A DNA stretch of 64,000 bases. Source: a virus. Positions 38,901-47,410 of the stretch are shown here, piece by piece (position 1 is the stretch's first letter; every line of letters starts with the position of its first letter). The notes beneath the pieces are model-generated. The model was not told the DNA's origin and did not search any database. It worked only from the letters and a program-made list of their open reading frames with translations. A program made the position numbers and the translations under genes. Location: IMG/VR virus record IMGVR_UViG_3300045988_179183. One strand, 5' to 3'.

Positions 38901-40985
38901 TGAATTGTATCCTCCAAATATAGACTTTGAAGTGGCATCACTATTAGCTTGAAATGTAAGATTTCTTGCCCATGCACTTCCTGCAGGTGTACTTATATTT
39001 ACTAACAAATGTTCATTATTTGTAACTTCAAAAGAACCCACATTAAATTTACCTACTTGAAATGTGTTATTACCAGTAAATGTATTATTCCCTGATTTCG
39101 TTGCGGGATCAGATAAATTATATTTATCCCAGATTTCATAATAAGTTCCACCATGTCCAATAGCCCATTTATCTCCTGCATATCCAAATACCCCTAACTG
39201 AGAGGCTTGTGAATTTATAGCTTGTATAATACAATAATTATCAGCATCAGTGGACTGTAATCTCAATTTAATATCCACTGATTGTTTTATTGTAAGTTGT
39301 CCAGTTAAGGTACCTCCAACAAGTGGAAGGTACTTACCGTCACCCAGATCCTCTAATTGTTGCCATACGGGTGCGCCGGTACCGCTTGAGACAAGGTAAT
39401 ATCCTTTTGTTCCGACCGTTGTCGGGGCGAAGATCGACGTTGTCGGTGCGTTCGTCGCGCTTAAAAAAGTCCATCCTGTTCCATTAACACTCAAATTTCG
39501 ATCGTATATCGTCGTGGGTGTCCCAATGGCACCACCGTTATAAACTGTGGGTTTACTAAGATTATAGGAATCCCATATTTTATATGGGGTGGTATGTCTA
39601 TAATGTATTAAATCCTTATTCGAACTATAAATATTAAGATCTAATGCCGTGTTGCCAAAGCTTAATGTTTCTATGTTGTTAGTATTGTTGATAATTAAAA
39701 GTGTGGCAATCCCTTGTGATATTGATGCCAATAAGGGCTTGTTACCAAGATTTATACTACCAGTCATTGTGCCACCAGAAAGTGGTAAATAATTAGCTAA
39801 ATCAGTTGTGCTCGCCGGGGTTGGTAGGTTATAAGCATCCCATATTTTATAACTAGTATCCGACCTATGATGTAAGAGATCGCTAGCATTTGAAATAATT
39901 CTAGTTGAAAGAGCTGCTGATCCTATATCAAGTCGATTATTAAAAGATCTTAATATGTAGGTGTCACCAGTGCCATCAGCATTTCCTATTATACCTGATT
40001 CTGCAGGAAATCTAATACTACCCTTCATTGTACCACCGGCAAGGGGGAGGTAATTGGTTAGTTTATTATTGAAATCATCACTTAACGTTTTTAACGCGTC
40101 CGTGACAGCTTTCTGAGACATGACTTTATCCGTCGCCGCACCCGATACTTGAAGAACTGATGCTTTGTCAAACTTCAAATTAAGGGCATCCGTCGTTGCC
40201 TTCTGAGACATCGGATCAATTGTTGATTCCCCGGTTCCTTGCTGACTCACCAACCGATTGATGATATCATTATAATTATGTTTATGCGCCGGTGTGAGCG
40301 GAGTGAGTGGTGAGGGATCTCCCGGAACGATTGATCCATTTGATAGAGCCTGTAACCATGAATATTGTCCCGGCAACATAACCCCGGCTAATTGATCTGT
40401 CGCACCTTGAATCGTTGTCTCCTTTCCGGCAGAGCTGTGAATCGTCACCTCCGTCTCCGAATATGACGTGGTTAAGTTAACCGTGATATTTATCTTTCCC
40501 AGGGATTCCCAGGACCGGGTGACCTCATCCCAGACAATCTTCTCCGAATCCTCGAATGTCTTCCCGCTATACGGATCTGTTACCGTCCCCCCGACGGGTG
40601 AAGTGATGATAACGTACATATCACCCGCTTCCAACGTTGATGGATTAGGAAAATCCGCGCTCACCCGGATCACCCCCTTGAAATCAAGAGGATTACCCAC
40701 GGCACTTTTAACGAAATCCTTTACGGTTATCTTGTAATTGACGTTATTCGAATTAATCAACATGTAATCACCATCATCCGCTAGTTGCCGGGGTGGTAAT
40801 GTAACCAGCCACCCGTCGACATACGCTCGAACCCATTTATGGGTTGCAAGTTCCGACCATGCCGACCCGTCGTAGGCACGAAACACAAACGGAACAACCG
40901 TGTTATCCAACCATATCAGGTTGGTATTGCGGGGAGCGGAACTCCCTATATATATGGCCGCGACCTGTCCTAAATTTCTAATCAT
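35988..40985 (-). CDS. Long tail fibre protein (1665 aa) with repeated fibre modules
   Basis: YLPL(S/A/V/T)GGT(M/L)(T/K/S)G occurs five times. The modules (H)YRH..YKIWD.YNL recur. The sequence is Ser/Thr/Gly/Asn-rich, and the gene sits after the baseplate genes. Confidence 0.8.
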   Translation of the reverse strand: MIRNLGQVAAIYIGSSAPRNTNLIWLDNTVVPFVFRAYDGSAWSELATHKWVRAYVDGWLVTLPPRQLADDGDYMLINSNNVNYKITVKDFVKSAVGNPLDFKGVIRVSADFPNPSTLEAGDMYVIITSPVGGTVTDPYSGKTFEDSEKIVWDEVTRSWESLGKINITVNLTTSYSETEVTIHSSAGKETTIQGATDQLAGVMLPGQYSWLQALSNGSIVPGDPSPLTPLTPAHKHNYNDIINRLVSQQGTGESTIDPMSQKATTDALNLKFDKASVLQVSGAATDKVMSQKAVTDALKTLSDDFNNKLTNYLPLAGGTMKGSIRFPAESGIIGNADGTGDTYILRSFNNRLDIGSAALSTRIISNASDLLHHRSDTSYKIWDAYNLPTPASTTDLANYLPLSGGTMTGSINLGNKPLLASISQGIATLLIINNTNNIETLSFGNTALDLNIYSSNKDLIHYRHTTPYKIWDSYNLSKPTVYNGGAIGTPTTIYDRNLSVNGTGWTFLSATNAPTTSIFAPTTVGTKGYYLVSSGTGAPVWQQLEDLGDGKYLPLVGGTLTGQLTIKQSVDIKLRLQSTDADNYCIIQAINSQASQLGVFGYAGDKWAIGHGGTYYEIWDKYNLSDPATKSGNNTFTGNNTFQVGKFNVGSFEVTNNEHLLVNISTPAGSAWARNLTFQANSDATSKSIFGGYNSVNNTNLGYAYIGIGDVNSSTAQYKFKPASLVVPITWSLDDPNGNALVWSQSSTLAHLGRASGTTKIRSGNVNLIHTKGATDYTILDSSNYTEFLPQNITWTYGFVSHAVNNDGYDANSMIGVDKPKLLFNYYTPGKIVNAPTGMGYGNVLQIDGPYTSSYNEAALKTQLAFDIIHNVDNGTGRMWFRTANNLGYGDSSNWKRVVTADENIAGLSFDENNYPAIIRVDGTTYPWLRANGNGFLPNVEKSLASGGVSQLGSSSWAFLAGYIASVYTNKLVFGVTGPYMIASTNAFQFLNSAGGVHKVATGGLYVGPSYTSDALNLVPANGIYSRGIIYIENGIGFRSSIWTNDLTPNRNYSGYLQVLDAYDVSSAGGPTNYGTVLQVNSRNAHWANQLWFPGGAEASKNGLYYRHMAYNETTYGEWNRLLTNKDVNILSASYNNNPNSVPTNQIFYAETQGVAGTPTSSGLLFSVQGDDEGIQLWAGANRTELYYRTKWTSFGKWIKLATTSDIGNYLPLTGGTLSGNLTINTVGSTTLVINNNDTNGSETFMRVLRRGTASAAIGFMDSLGAYIYNYNSNKYLFIDNDGYARVGTTSGSTRLALITDIPTVSGYLPLSGGTLTGALTMNSRKNNAVIDVVGGTGNNWNGGAGALSVQVPGDGGQTPLLVARRSGAAIDTTTAAERLLSMELLNTGNTFRITLSNTSTFQLDLSTAKGFLFGKTIATTDQIPSIPSISISNSGSGNAVTAITANGHTLTVTKGATYLTSSSLDGYATQSWANGQFASLSLYNTTGSYTTIRTRGNEFCLGNTIATSASNEVIVNYRIPSGCTYAPSTWVWRAGSSTSYANGYWGSLYMNGDLVATQTWVNNKGYLTSHQTIYNLTFQAGTFSAKTFDPNGAAATVNIPTNTSHLTNDSGFITSSALNGYATQAWVNSQNFVKSTSTKKVTDIQPVDALPATQASGVLYLVFG

Positions 40986-41280
40986 TCACAGTTTGAATTA
41001 ATTGTCCATCTAACCTATCTATCTTGTATTGATCGGGATTGTTCGATTCAACGATCAAATCACCGCTTCCATCAACATAAAATGTATCCTCGACCCCTCC
41101 CTTAACTCTCATCACCAAATCACCGATACCGATCTTCTCGCCCTCCATTGTCCTGTCAAACTGGGATATGAAAAAGAACAAAAATTCTCCCGCCCCATCC
41201 TTGTCATAATAGGTTAATATCTCAATATAAGGTCTGTATATATTGAAGACGGTCGATGTATTCAGTTTCTTAGTCTCCGG
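40978..41280 (-). CDS. Hypothetical small baseplate/fibre-proximal protein
   Basis: ORF between the baseplate J-like gene and the fibre gene. I prefer the start at 41280 (MPETKK). Confidence 0.45.
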   Translation of the reverse strand, partial: PETKKLNTSTVFNIYRPYIEILTYYDKDGAGEFLFFFISQFDRTMEGEKIGIGDLVMRVKGGVEDTFYVDGSGDLIVESNNPDQYKIDRLDGQLIQTVND

Positions 41281-42454
41281 CATAATCACTGGGATAAAAT
41301 ATCGGTGACAGTACTCCGTTTGAATCAAATATTGGATCACCTTTTAAATCTCTCATCACAAACCCCCTAATACGAGGAAGCTCATTTATGGGAACAAGCT
41401 CGTCGGCAGAAGGATAAAATGTTGAATCTTGGACATACTTAACACCCTCCGTATCCTTCACTATACCTAATAAATCATCCCACTCTACCTTCGATCCCGG
41501 TACCCAGTATCTAAAATCGAGATACTTTGTCATCGCGATTTGAATATTCCGACGTACATCATCGGGATCATAGTTATCTGCTATCTCAACCCTGAAATCA
41601 ACACCCCGGCTTCCACCCACACTATACCATTTCACATTCGTAAGAACTATCTCAACTGTATCGCCATATTTATTTCTATCACTTAGCGGGAAATATGGTG
41701 CAGCTTGTTCTAGTAAATTTGCCAACTCAGTATCGGTAAACTCAACGCCATTCTGAGTCGAAAGTGCTAATTGTAATTTCGCATTCTCATTTACACCGAA
41801 ATTAAAAAACATCAGCACTCTATCGTCTATATTTTGGAAAACTTGTGTGAAATATTCCCTTGTACCAATTGATAATATATTCAAATTATTTCTAATCCGA
41901 ATCCTGAATGTTTCATCATCTTCTGAATCTCTCCCTCCCACCGCGTAATATTCGTTTGAACACGCCTTATGACCGACAGGTTCGGGAACCACATTCGTAA
42001 TCGTATTAGGGGCTACATTCGTCTGAGATCCTGTTCCAGCGCTCCTCACTTTCACATACGTATAGCCGTTATCACCCACTGTTGCATCAAACTCGGTCAT
42101 AAAACGAACACCGTTTATATTCACGAATTCCGTTTTACCGGCTTCGTAAAAAGTTCCCTGTTCGGCGATAACCTTAACATAGGTCGAAGATCCCAGCGCA
42201 CCCTTTCGCGGACTAACACCGAATAGCTGGGCCGCGACATCGAGATCACTCCCGGAAGCTGTATCCGGGAATATACGTGCCGCCACGATCGCGACGTCCT
42301 TTAAACACTTCTGCCCGACTTTCGCAACACCGAAAGCCGTGGCATTCACAACCGAGTTATCGCTGATATCCGACACTTTATCAGTTTTATTCAGGAACAA
42401 CTCGATGAACAAACTTTTCAGAAGGGATATTGTATGTTTAACGCCTATTATCAT
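41270..42454 (-). CDS. Baseplate J-like (P2 gpJ / T4 gp6-like) wedge protein
   Basis: NATAFGVAKVGQKCLKDVAIVAARIFPDTASGSDLDVAAQLFGVSPRKGALGSSTYVKV matches the Baseplate_J pattern. The position also fits. Confidence 0.55.
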   Translation of the reverse strand: MIIGVKHTISLLKSLFIELFLNKTDKVSDISDNSVVNATAFGVAKVGQKCLKDVAIVAARIFPDTASGSDLDVAAQLFGVSPRKGALGSSTYVKVIAEQGTFYEAGKTEFVNINGVRFMTEFDATVGDNGYTYVKVRSAGTGSQTNVAPNTITNVVPEPVGHKACSNEYYAVGGRDSEDDETFRIRIRNNLNILSIGTREYFTQVFQNIDDRVLMFFNFGVNENAKLQLALSTQNGVEFTDTELANLLEQAAPYFPLSDRNKYGDTVEIVLTNVKWYSVGGSRGVDFRVEIADNYDPDDVRRNIQIAMTKYLDFRYWVPGSKVEWDDLLGIVKDTEGVKYVQDSTFYPSADELVPINELPRIRGFVMRDLKGDPIFDSNGVLSPIFYPSDYAGD

Positions 42455-43365
42455 ACGTTTATATTTGTAATAAAACTATCACTGTTAACCGTTCTTATCT
42501 TTATCTTCATGATTATGTAATCATCTTCACGAGTTAAAGATAATAAATTTACTTCTATAAACCGATCGTCTTTCGCGAACATCGTCGATAAATTTCTGAA
42601 TAGCGTGGGGTACTGTATCGCTGAAACATTGGTTCCCACGAATTCATTCGATATACCATCTTCTGGAAATTCAGGAATATCTCCCTTGAGAGTATTCATT
42701 ATCGTGTCTATAGTTTGATTTATCGCATCCTTGTATTCAACTATCGCTAAATCATTATCCTTGAAATAAAAACGCTTATCGATATCTTTTCCGAGAATTC
42801 TTTCGCCCACCAAACTATCAACGACGGTCTGTATCCCAAAATTAGCCGTGCTACTTAAACTGATCTTAAATATCGGCCCGCCATTTCTAGGAGAATATTT
42901 CTCCTCTATAATGAAATTATCAATCGCTATATTTTCCCAGTCATTCTGCGGATCATTACTACCCACACTTGATGCGACTTGTTCAAAATTTTCGAAATCC
43001 GCTAACGCTCTTTCAAGGTAAAATTTCCCGTCATACCTTCCCACTCTCGAACTTCTCATCCATTTACTGGTATTGTTGATCGTGAGTAATTGACCCCAAG
43101 TATCCTCGAACGTATCTAAAAGATCCCACATATCAGTGGTCTTCATCTGCCCTGAAAAATTATAAAACGCGGCATCTATCTTTTCCGCTCTAAAAAGAAG
43201 ATCGTCAAGTACCTTGAAACTATTGGCCGGCAGATTTCCACCTTCATAATACGATAAAATGGATGGATATCCTTGATTGATAAAATCAACGACATCCTGA
43301 AAAAATTGAGCTATATCAATTCTCGTTATATTGTAATATTTTTCCGCACTCGTTGTTTCCATCAC
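42451..43365 (-). CDS. Putative baseplate component (304 aa)
   Basis: Position between the spike-like and J-like genes, with 4-nt overlaps to both neighbours. Confidence 0.4.
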   Translation of the reverse strand: MMETTSAEKYYNITRIDIAQFFQDVVDFINQGYPSILSYYEGGNLPANSFKVLDDLLFRAEKIDAAFYNFSGQMKTTDMWDLLDTFEDTWGQLLTINNTSKWMRSSRVGRYDGKFYLERALADFENFEQVASSVGSNDPQNDWENIAIDNFIIEEKYSPRNGGPIFKISLSSTANFGIQTVVDSLVGERILGKDIDKRFYFKDNDLAIVEYKDAINQTIDTIMNTLKGDIPEFPEDGISNEFVGTNVSAIQYPTLFRNLSTMFAKDDRFIEVNLLSLTREDDYIIMKIKIRTVNSDSFITNINV

Positions 43366-44153
43366 GGTAAAGTATCAGTTGCCCACTTTTGAATTAATGA
43401 ACCCAATTGATTCGAAAGAACATTAACACCTTTTTGAATGATCCCTGTTTGCAGTGAATTCTTCAATGAACCCTCATAGGCTTTCTTTGATAGCACCAGA
43501 CTCAAAGGCGCTATGGCTGTTAATGTCAAATTATAATTCCATAACGTATTTGAATTATCCGCGTCAGTATTTAACGTCAACCCGTTACTGGGAACCGTGA
43601 CAAGGTAGCTCTCACCTAAAGCCATGTTATAAAAATACAGCCGGAAGGGTAATCCCTGATCATCTATCCCGTTTGATTTCGCTATAATCGCACGGAGTAA
43701 ATTCATGGCACCGAAACCACTCTTCACACCAACATCAAAATTGGGATAATTAACTATCAAACTTTTCGATTTCGCCTGATATAAGTCATAAACACCCCTC
43801 GACGTGGAATATGCAACCGCGCTTCCAGTAGGACCTTTCGTTGAAAGTATCAATTTAAAAAACCTTCCAAAATTACCCTTTATAGTAATCTGTTGAGGTA
43901 CGAACGCTGTGCTACTTAACACCGTAATCCCAGTATTCGATTGCTTTATATTCGTTCTTTTAGGTTCTGTTTTCTGAATTGATGCGGGTAAGACCGGGAA
44001 TGAAAAATAATCTATCGTCCTACCCGATCCATCCGTTAATTCGAGTGCCACCATGTAATACTCAAAGTCATGAGGTGATAAGCTGCTCAAAGCCGCCTGC
44101 CCTATTGACCTAACAAGGTTCGTATACTGTCTATTAACTGAATCTATTGACAT
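43362..44153 (-). CDS. Putative baseplate component (263 aa)
   Basis: Position only. Confidence 0.4.
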   Translation of the reverse strand: MSIDSVNRQYTNLVRSIGQAALSSLSPHDFEYYMVALELTDGSGRTIDYFSFPVLPASIQKTEPKRTNIKQSNTGITVLSSTAFVPQQITIKGNFGRFFKLILSTKGPTGSAVAYSTSRGVYDLYQAKSKSLIVNYPNFDVGVKSGFGAMNLLRAIIAKSNGIDDQGLPFRLYFYNMALGESYLVTVPSNGLTLNTDADNSNTLWNYNLTLTAIAPLSLVLSKKAYEGSLKNSLQTGIIQKGVNVLSNQLGSLIQKWATDTLP

Positions 44154-44193
44154 GATTTCACTCTATTTTACAGTTAAAATTACGCAAAATATT

Positions 44194-45177
44194 TCAATCC
44201 GTAAAGGATATCTCAGAATTTAATTTACTTAAATCGGGGGCTTGTATACCGGCGACCGCGTTAACACCTGCTGTGAATGCTGTTCCACCGCCACCCCCTG
44301 GGCTCCCTTGTGCTGCCGGTGTGACTGCCGCGGAACCAGTTGACCAAGCCCGTTTCAAAGTATCTATATTCGAATTTATCTTTTCCAAAATACCCTTCAA
44401 CGTATCACCTAAAGGGATCGGTTCACTACCTCCCTTAACTTTCATTTTTATTGAAGGATCAATTATTATATTCTCCTTATCGATAAAAATTTTTGACGTA
44501 TCACCGCTTTCGGGATCAACGACTTCAATATTAACATCCATCGATGACGTGACATTCGTTGATGTGGGTGTTAACAACGCGGTCGTCGTTTTCTCATTTT
44601 CAACATCAATCACGGTCGCTTCAATCTGCTTGAAAGATTTCACGGAAACATTCCCATTCACAACTTCCATCTTATCACCGTTCGTGTTGAGTTCAATCCC
44701 GGATCCCTCGTCACCGTTAACAACAACCTTTAATTTCCGGGGGCCTATCCCGTCAACATTCACAAGTAAAGTTTGGTCATTGAGTGATGCTTGTATTAGA
44801 AACGATCCGTTATCATCCTGAAAGATTTTTCGATAATCACCCTCTTTGAATGTCACACCACTATTCGTACTTGGAATCGTCGCTATCACTAGTGGTTTTT
44901 CACCGAATTCAGGTTTAACCAAAATAATCGGAGTACCCAGCTCATTCTCTGACTCCGGGATTTTTAGGTATTGATAAACCTGTTCGGTAACTAGGCAATT
45001 ATGTATAACCGCGTTATTTCGATCTATCATGACTGAAACCCTGAGGTTTTTATCACAGGTATCAATAAAATTATCTCTTTCAACACCAGCGGGTAATATC
45101 ACGTACCCGATCTCAATCGAATAACCTCCGTTAAGAACGGGAATTCCTGTCACACCTTTATTAAATTTCATTGTCAT
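44194..45177 (-). CDS. Putative baseplate central spike/hub protein (gpV/VgrG-like)
   Basis: An N-terminal OB-like region, a repetitive beta-strand-like middle (VNGNVSVKSF..), and a Gly-rich C-terminus. It sits two genes after the tape measure gene. Confidence 0.35.
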   Translation of the reverse strand: MTMKFNKGVTGIPVLNGGYSIEIGYVILPAGVERDNFIDTCDKNLRVSVMIDRNNAVIHNCLVTEQVYQYLKIPESENELGTPIILVKPEFGEKPLVIATIPSTNSGVTFKEGDYRKIFQDDNGSFLIQASLNDQTLLVNVDGIGPRKLKVVVNGDEGSGIELNTNGDKMEVVNGNVSVKSFKQIEATVIDVENEKTTTALLTPTSTNVTSSMDVNIEVVDPESGDTSKIFIDKENIIIDPSIKMKVKGGSEPIPLGDTLKGILEKINSNIDTLKRAWSTGSAAVTPAAQGSPGGGGGTAFTAGVNAVAGIQAPDLSKLNSEISFTD

Positions 45178-45178
45178 G

Positions 45179-47410
45179 TTATAAATATCTTCTTTTTAGC
45201 ATGTACTCAAAAACATCTTCGTTTATATTGAAATCAGATTTTATCATCGATAACGAATTAAACGCGTTTCCCGTTCTCCGATTCTCCAATATCGATTTAC
45301 GTAGTTCTTCAGTGTTCACAATATTAAAATACGAGTATCGAACGGGAACTGTTTTGTTTTGATCGATTACTGTCGTCCTTGCCTTTTCAAATCCCAAACC
45401 AACCGTGTTTGTTCGCGGGTTCCGGGCCATCCTCACTTCACCAGTATCAACACCCTTAATCAAATCCCATCTCATCCCTCTTTCGACTTGAATTGTTGTT
45501 ACTCTGTCAATATTTGAACCTATCGTAAGGCTATTATCGACGCCGGTAACGTAATACAATTCATCTGTTACGTCAAGTCTGATAAATGTTCCAACCTTTA
45601 TCCTTCTATCACCATTAATCTGAATGGTTCCCTTTCTTGTGAAGGGTAGATACACGAATGATTCGATCAAAAACAGAAGGTCATTTAATATCGCTTGTGA
45701 TATGAAATCAATATCGCCTATCTGCTCCTGCCCCTTTAACGCACCCGTGTACAAATAGATGTCTGATATTTGAAGACGTTTATTCCCGAACACTTCCGCT
45801 ATCTGTGGTAGGAAGACGACTGGGATGTTTGCGGCTGTTGTTTTACCCTCCTCCCCGGTCGATGTATCCGATGGTGTTACCTGATACCACGCGTATGATG
45901 TTGTATCATATCCAAGGGTTAGATTTAACAAATCCTTGTTTTCTATCGTGATATAGTTCGCCGAATCATTTATAACACTTCTAATCGACTCACCAGTAAA
46001 AGGTGGCTGTCTGACGGTAAAATTAAACATATCAATCCATGTATCACCGAATATTTCGACGAACGGTGGCTGACATATCCTGTTAAATAATTCGAGAAGC
46101 GTTCCGTCCGCGCCACCCAGATCCCCGGATAAAACCCGGTCGTTAATATGTTCATCAAAAAAGAACTTTATGATCGACCAAACTCCCTTTAAATTTCGAT
46201 TTTCATCATCTATTCCCTCAACCTTGTTCAATTTACTCAATCGCTCCCCATAACTACTAAAAACATTACTTGATATTATCCCAAGATTTGATAATCTATT
46301 CACGACAAATCCCAGGTATTCCTTTATACTTTTCAGGCTGTAATTAAGAAAATATTGCTCAAATTGACCTGTTAGAATGTTTCTTTTAAACACACCCGAA
46401 TTCTCATCACCCATCCACATGAAACGATTATCGCTCGCCGACATAAATCGATACGAATAAAAATAAGACCCATCCTCTGATAAAAGTTTCATAAAATCAC
46501 GTCCTTTGATTGAAATTGATTTATCAGTGTATGAGAAATTCGTCGTTACATCGACGGAATCAACCAACCCCATCATATCCCAAACGCGGTACCATGATGG
46601 GTTCTCATTTGGATCGGTAATCGGGTTGGCGAGGGTGCTTAATTTCAGCACTTGACCACTTTCATATCCAACATCATCCTTCTCAACTTGTAGCCTTTCA
46701 AATCTTATAAAAACAAGATCATTATACTGTATATATTTCTCAAAATAATCAGCGATCAATTCATCTCGATTCCCCGTGAAATTAAACGTATTAACGGAAC
46801 CTTTCTGGTTAACTGCGGTCGGATATTCAACATCAAACTCCAAACTTTTAGCAGGGTTGAGTGTTATCGAAAACGCTCCCATTGCCATGTTCTTCGATGT
46901 GTTACATGCCACAACGAGAGGTGATACATCTATCAACTCATCTAATACTTTACTATAAATCCACACACGAACATTTAAATTCACAATCTGTGCGTCAATA
47001 GATACCCGGTCGATGTGTGATATAAGTGATTCAAGTTTATAATAACCGTCACTACTTTGCAGTATTTTCTGATATTCATTAAAATACGCGTTGAAATTAT
47101 CCTGTTTCAGATATTGATTCTTCCCGTAAATCAATTGTTTTTCAACCATCGTTTTATTCAAAGGAACTCGTACGAAAATCCCCGCTTTTATCATGGTAGG
47201 ATCAGCACCGTTCATCCACTTCAACTGTTCCTCTGGAGTGTAAGTTTTTACGATTTTCTGTCGATTTGTTAAATTCGATGACCCCGTGAAATCAAGAAAA
47301 TCTTTCACTGTTAAGGGTGCTCCACCCGTTAAACCGTTATCATCATTGAATTTTGATACAAAAGCACTAACTTCTATATCCTCTCCTATCGTTACAACCA
47401 TGCTTTTCAT
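45179..47410 (-). CDS. Putative baseplate hub / distal tail protein (743 aa)
   Basis: A large ORF immediately downstream of the tape measure gene, overlapping it by 4 nt. Confidence 0.4.
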   Translation of the reverse strand: MKSMVVTIGEDIEVSAFVSKFNDDNGLTGGAPLTVKDFLDFTGSSNLTNRQKIVKTYTPEEQLKWMNGADPTMIKAGIFVRVPLNKTMVEKQLIYGKNQYLKQDNFNAYFNEYQKILQSSDGYYKLESLISHIDRVSIDAQIVNLNVRVWIYSKVLDELIDVSPLVVACNTSKNMAMGAFSITLNPAKSLEFDVEYPTAVNQKGSVNTFNFTGNRDELIADYFEKYIQYNDLVFIRFERLQVEKDDVGYESGQVLKLSTLANPITDPNENPSWYRVWDMMGLVDSVDVTTNFSYTDKSISIKGRDFMKLLSEDGSYFYSYRFMSASDNRFMWMGDENSGVFKRNILTGQFEQYFLNYSLKSIKEYLGFVVNRLSNLGIISSNVFSSYGERLSKLNKVEGIDDENRNLKGVWSIIKFFFDEHINDRVLSGDLGGADGTLLELFNRICQPPFVEIFGDTWIDMFNFTVRQPPFTGESIRSVINDSANYITIENKDLLNLTLGYDTTSYAWYQVTPSDTSTGEEGKTTAANIPVVFLPQIAEVFGNKRLQISDIYLYTGALKGQEQIGDIDFISQAILNDLLFLIESFVYLPFTRKGTIQINGDRRIKVGTFIRLDVTDELYYVTGVDNSLTIGSNIDRVTTIQVERGMRWDLIKGVDTGEVRMARNPRTNTVGLGFEKARTTVIDQNKTVPVRYSYFNIVNTEELRKSILENRRTGNAFNSLSMIKSDFNINEDVFEYMLKRRYL

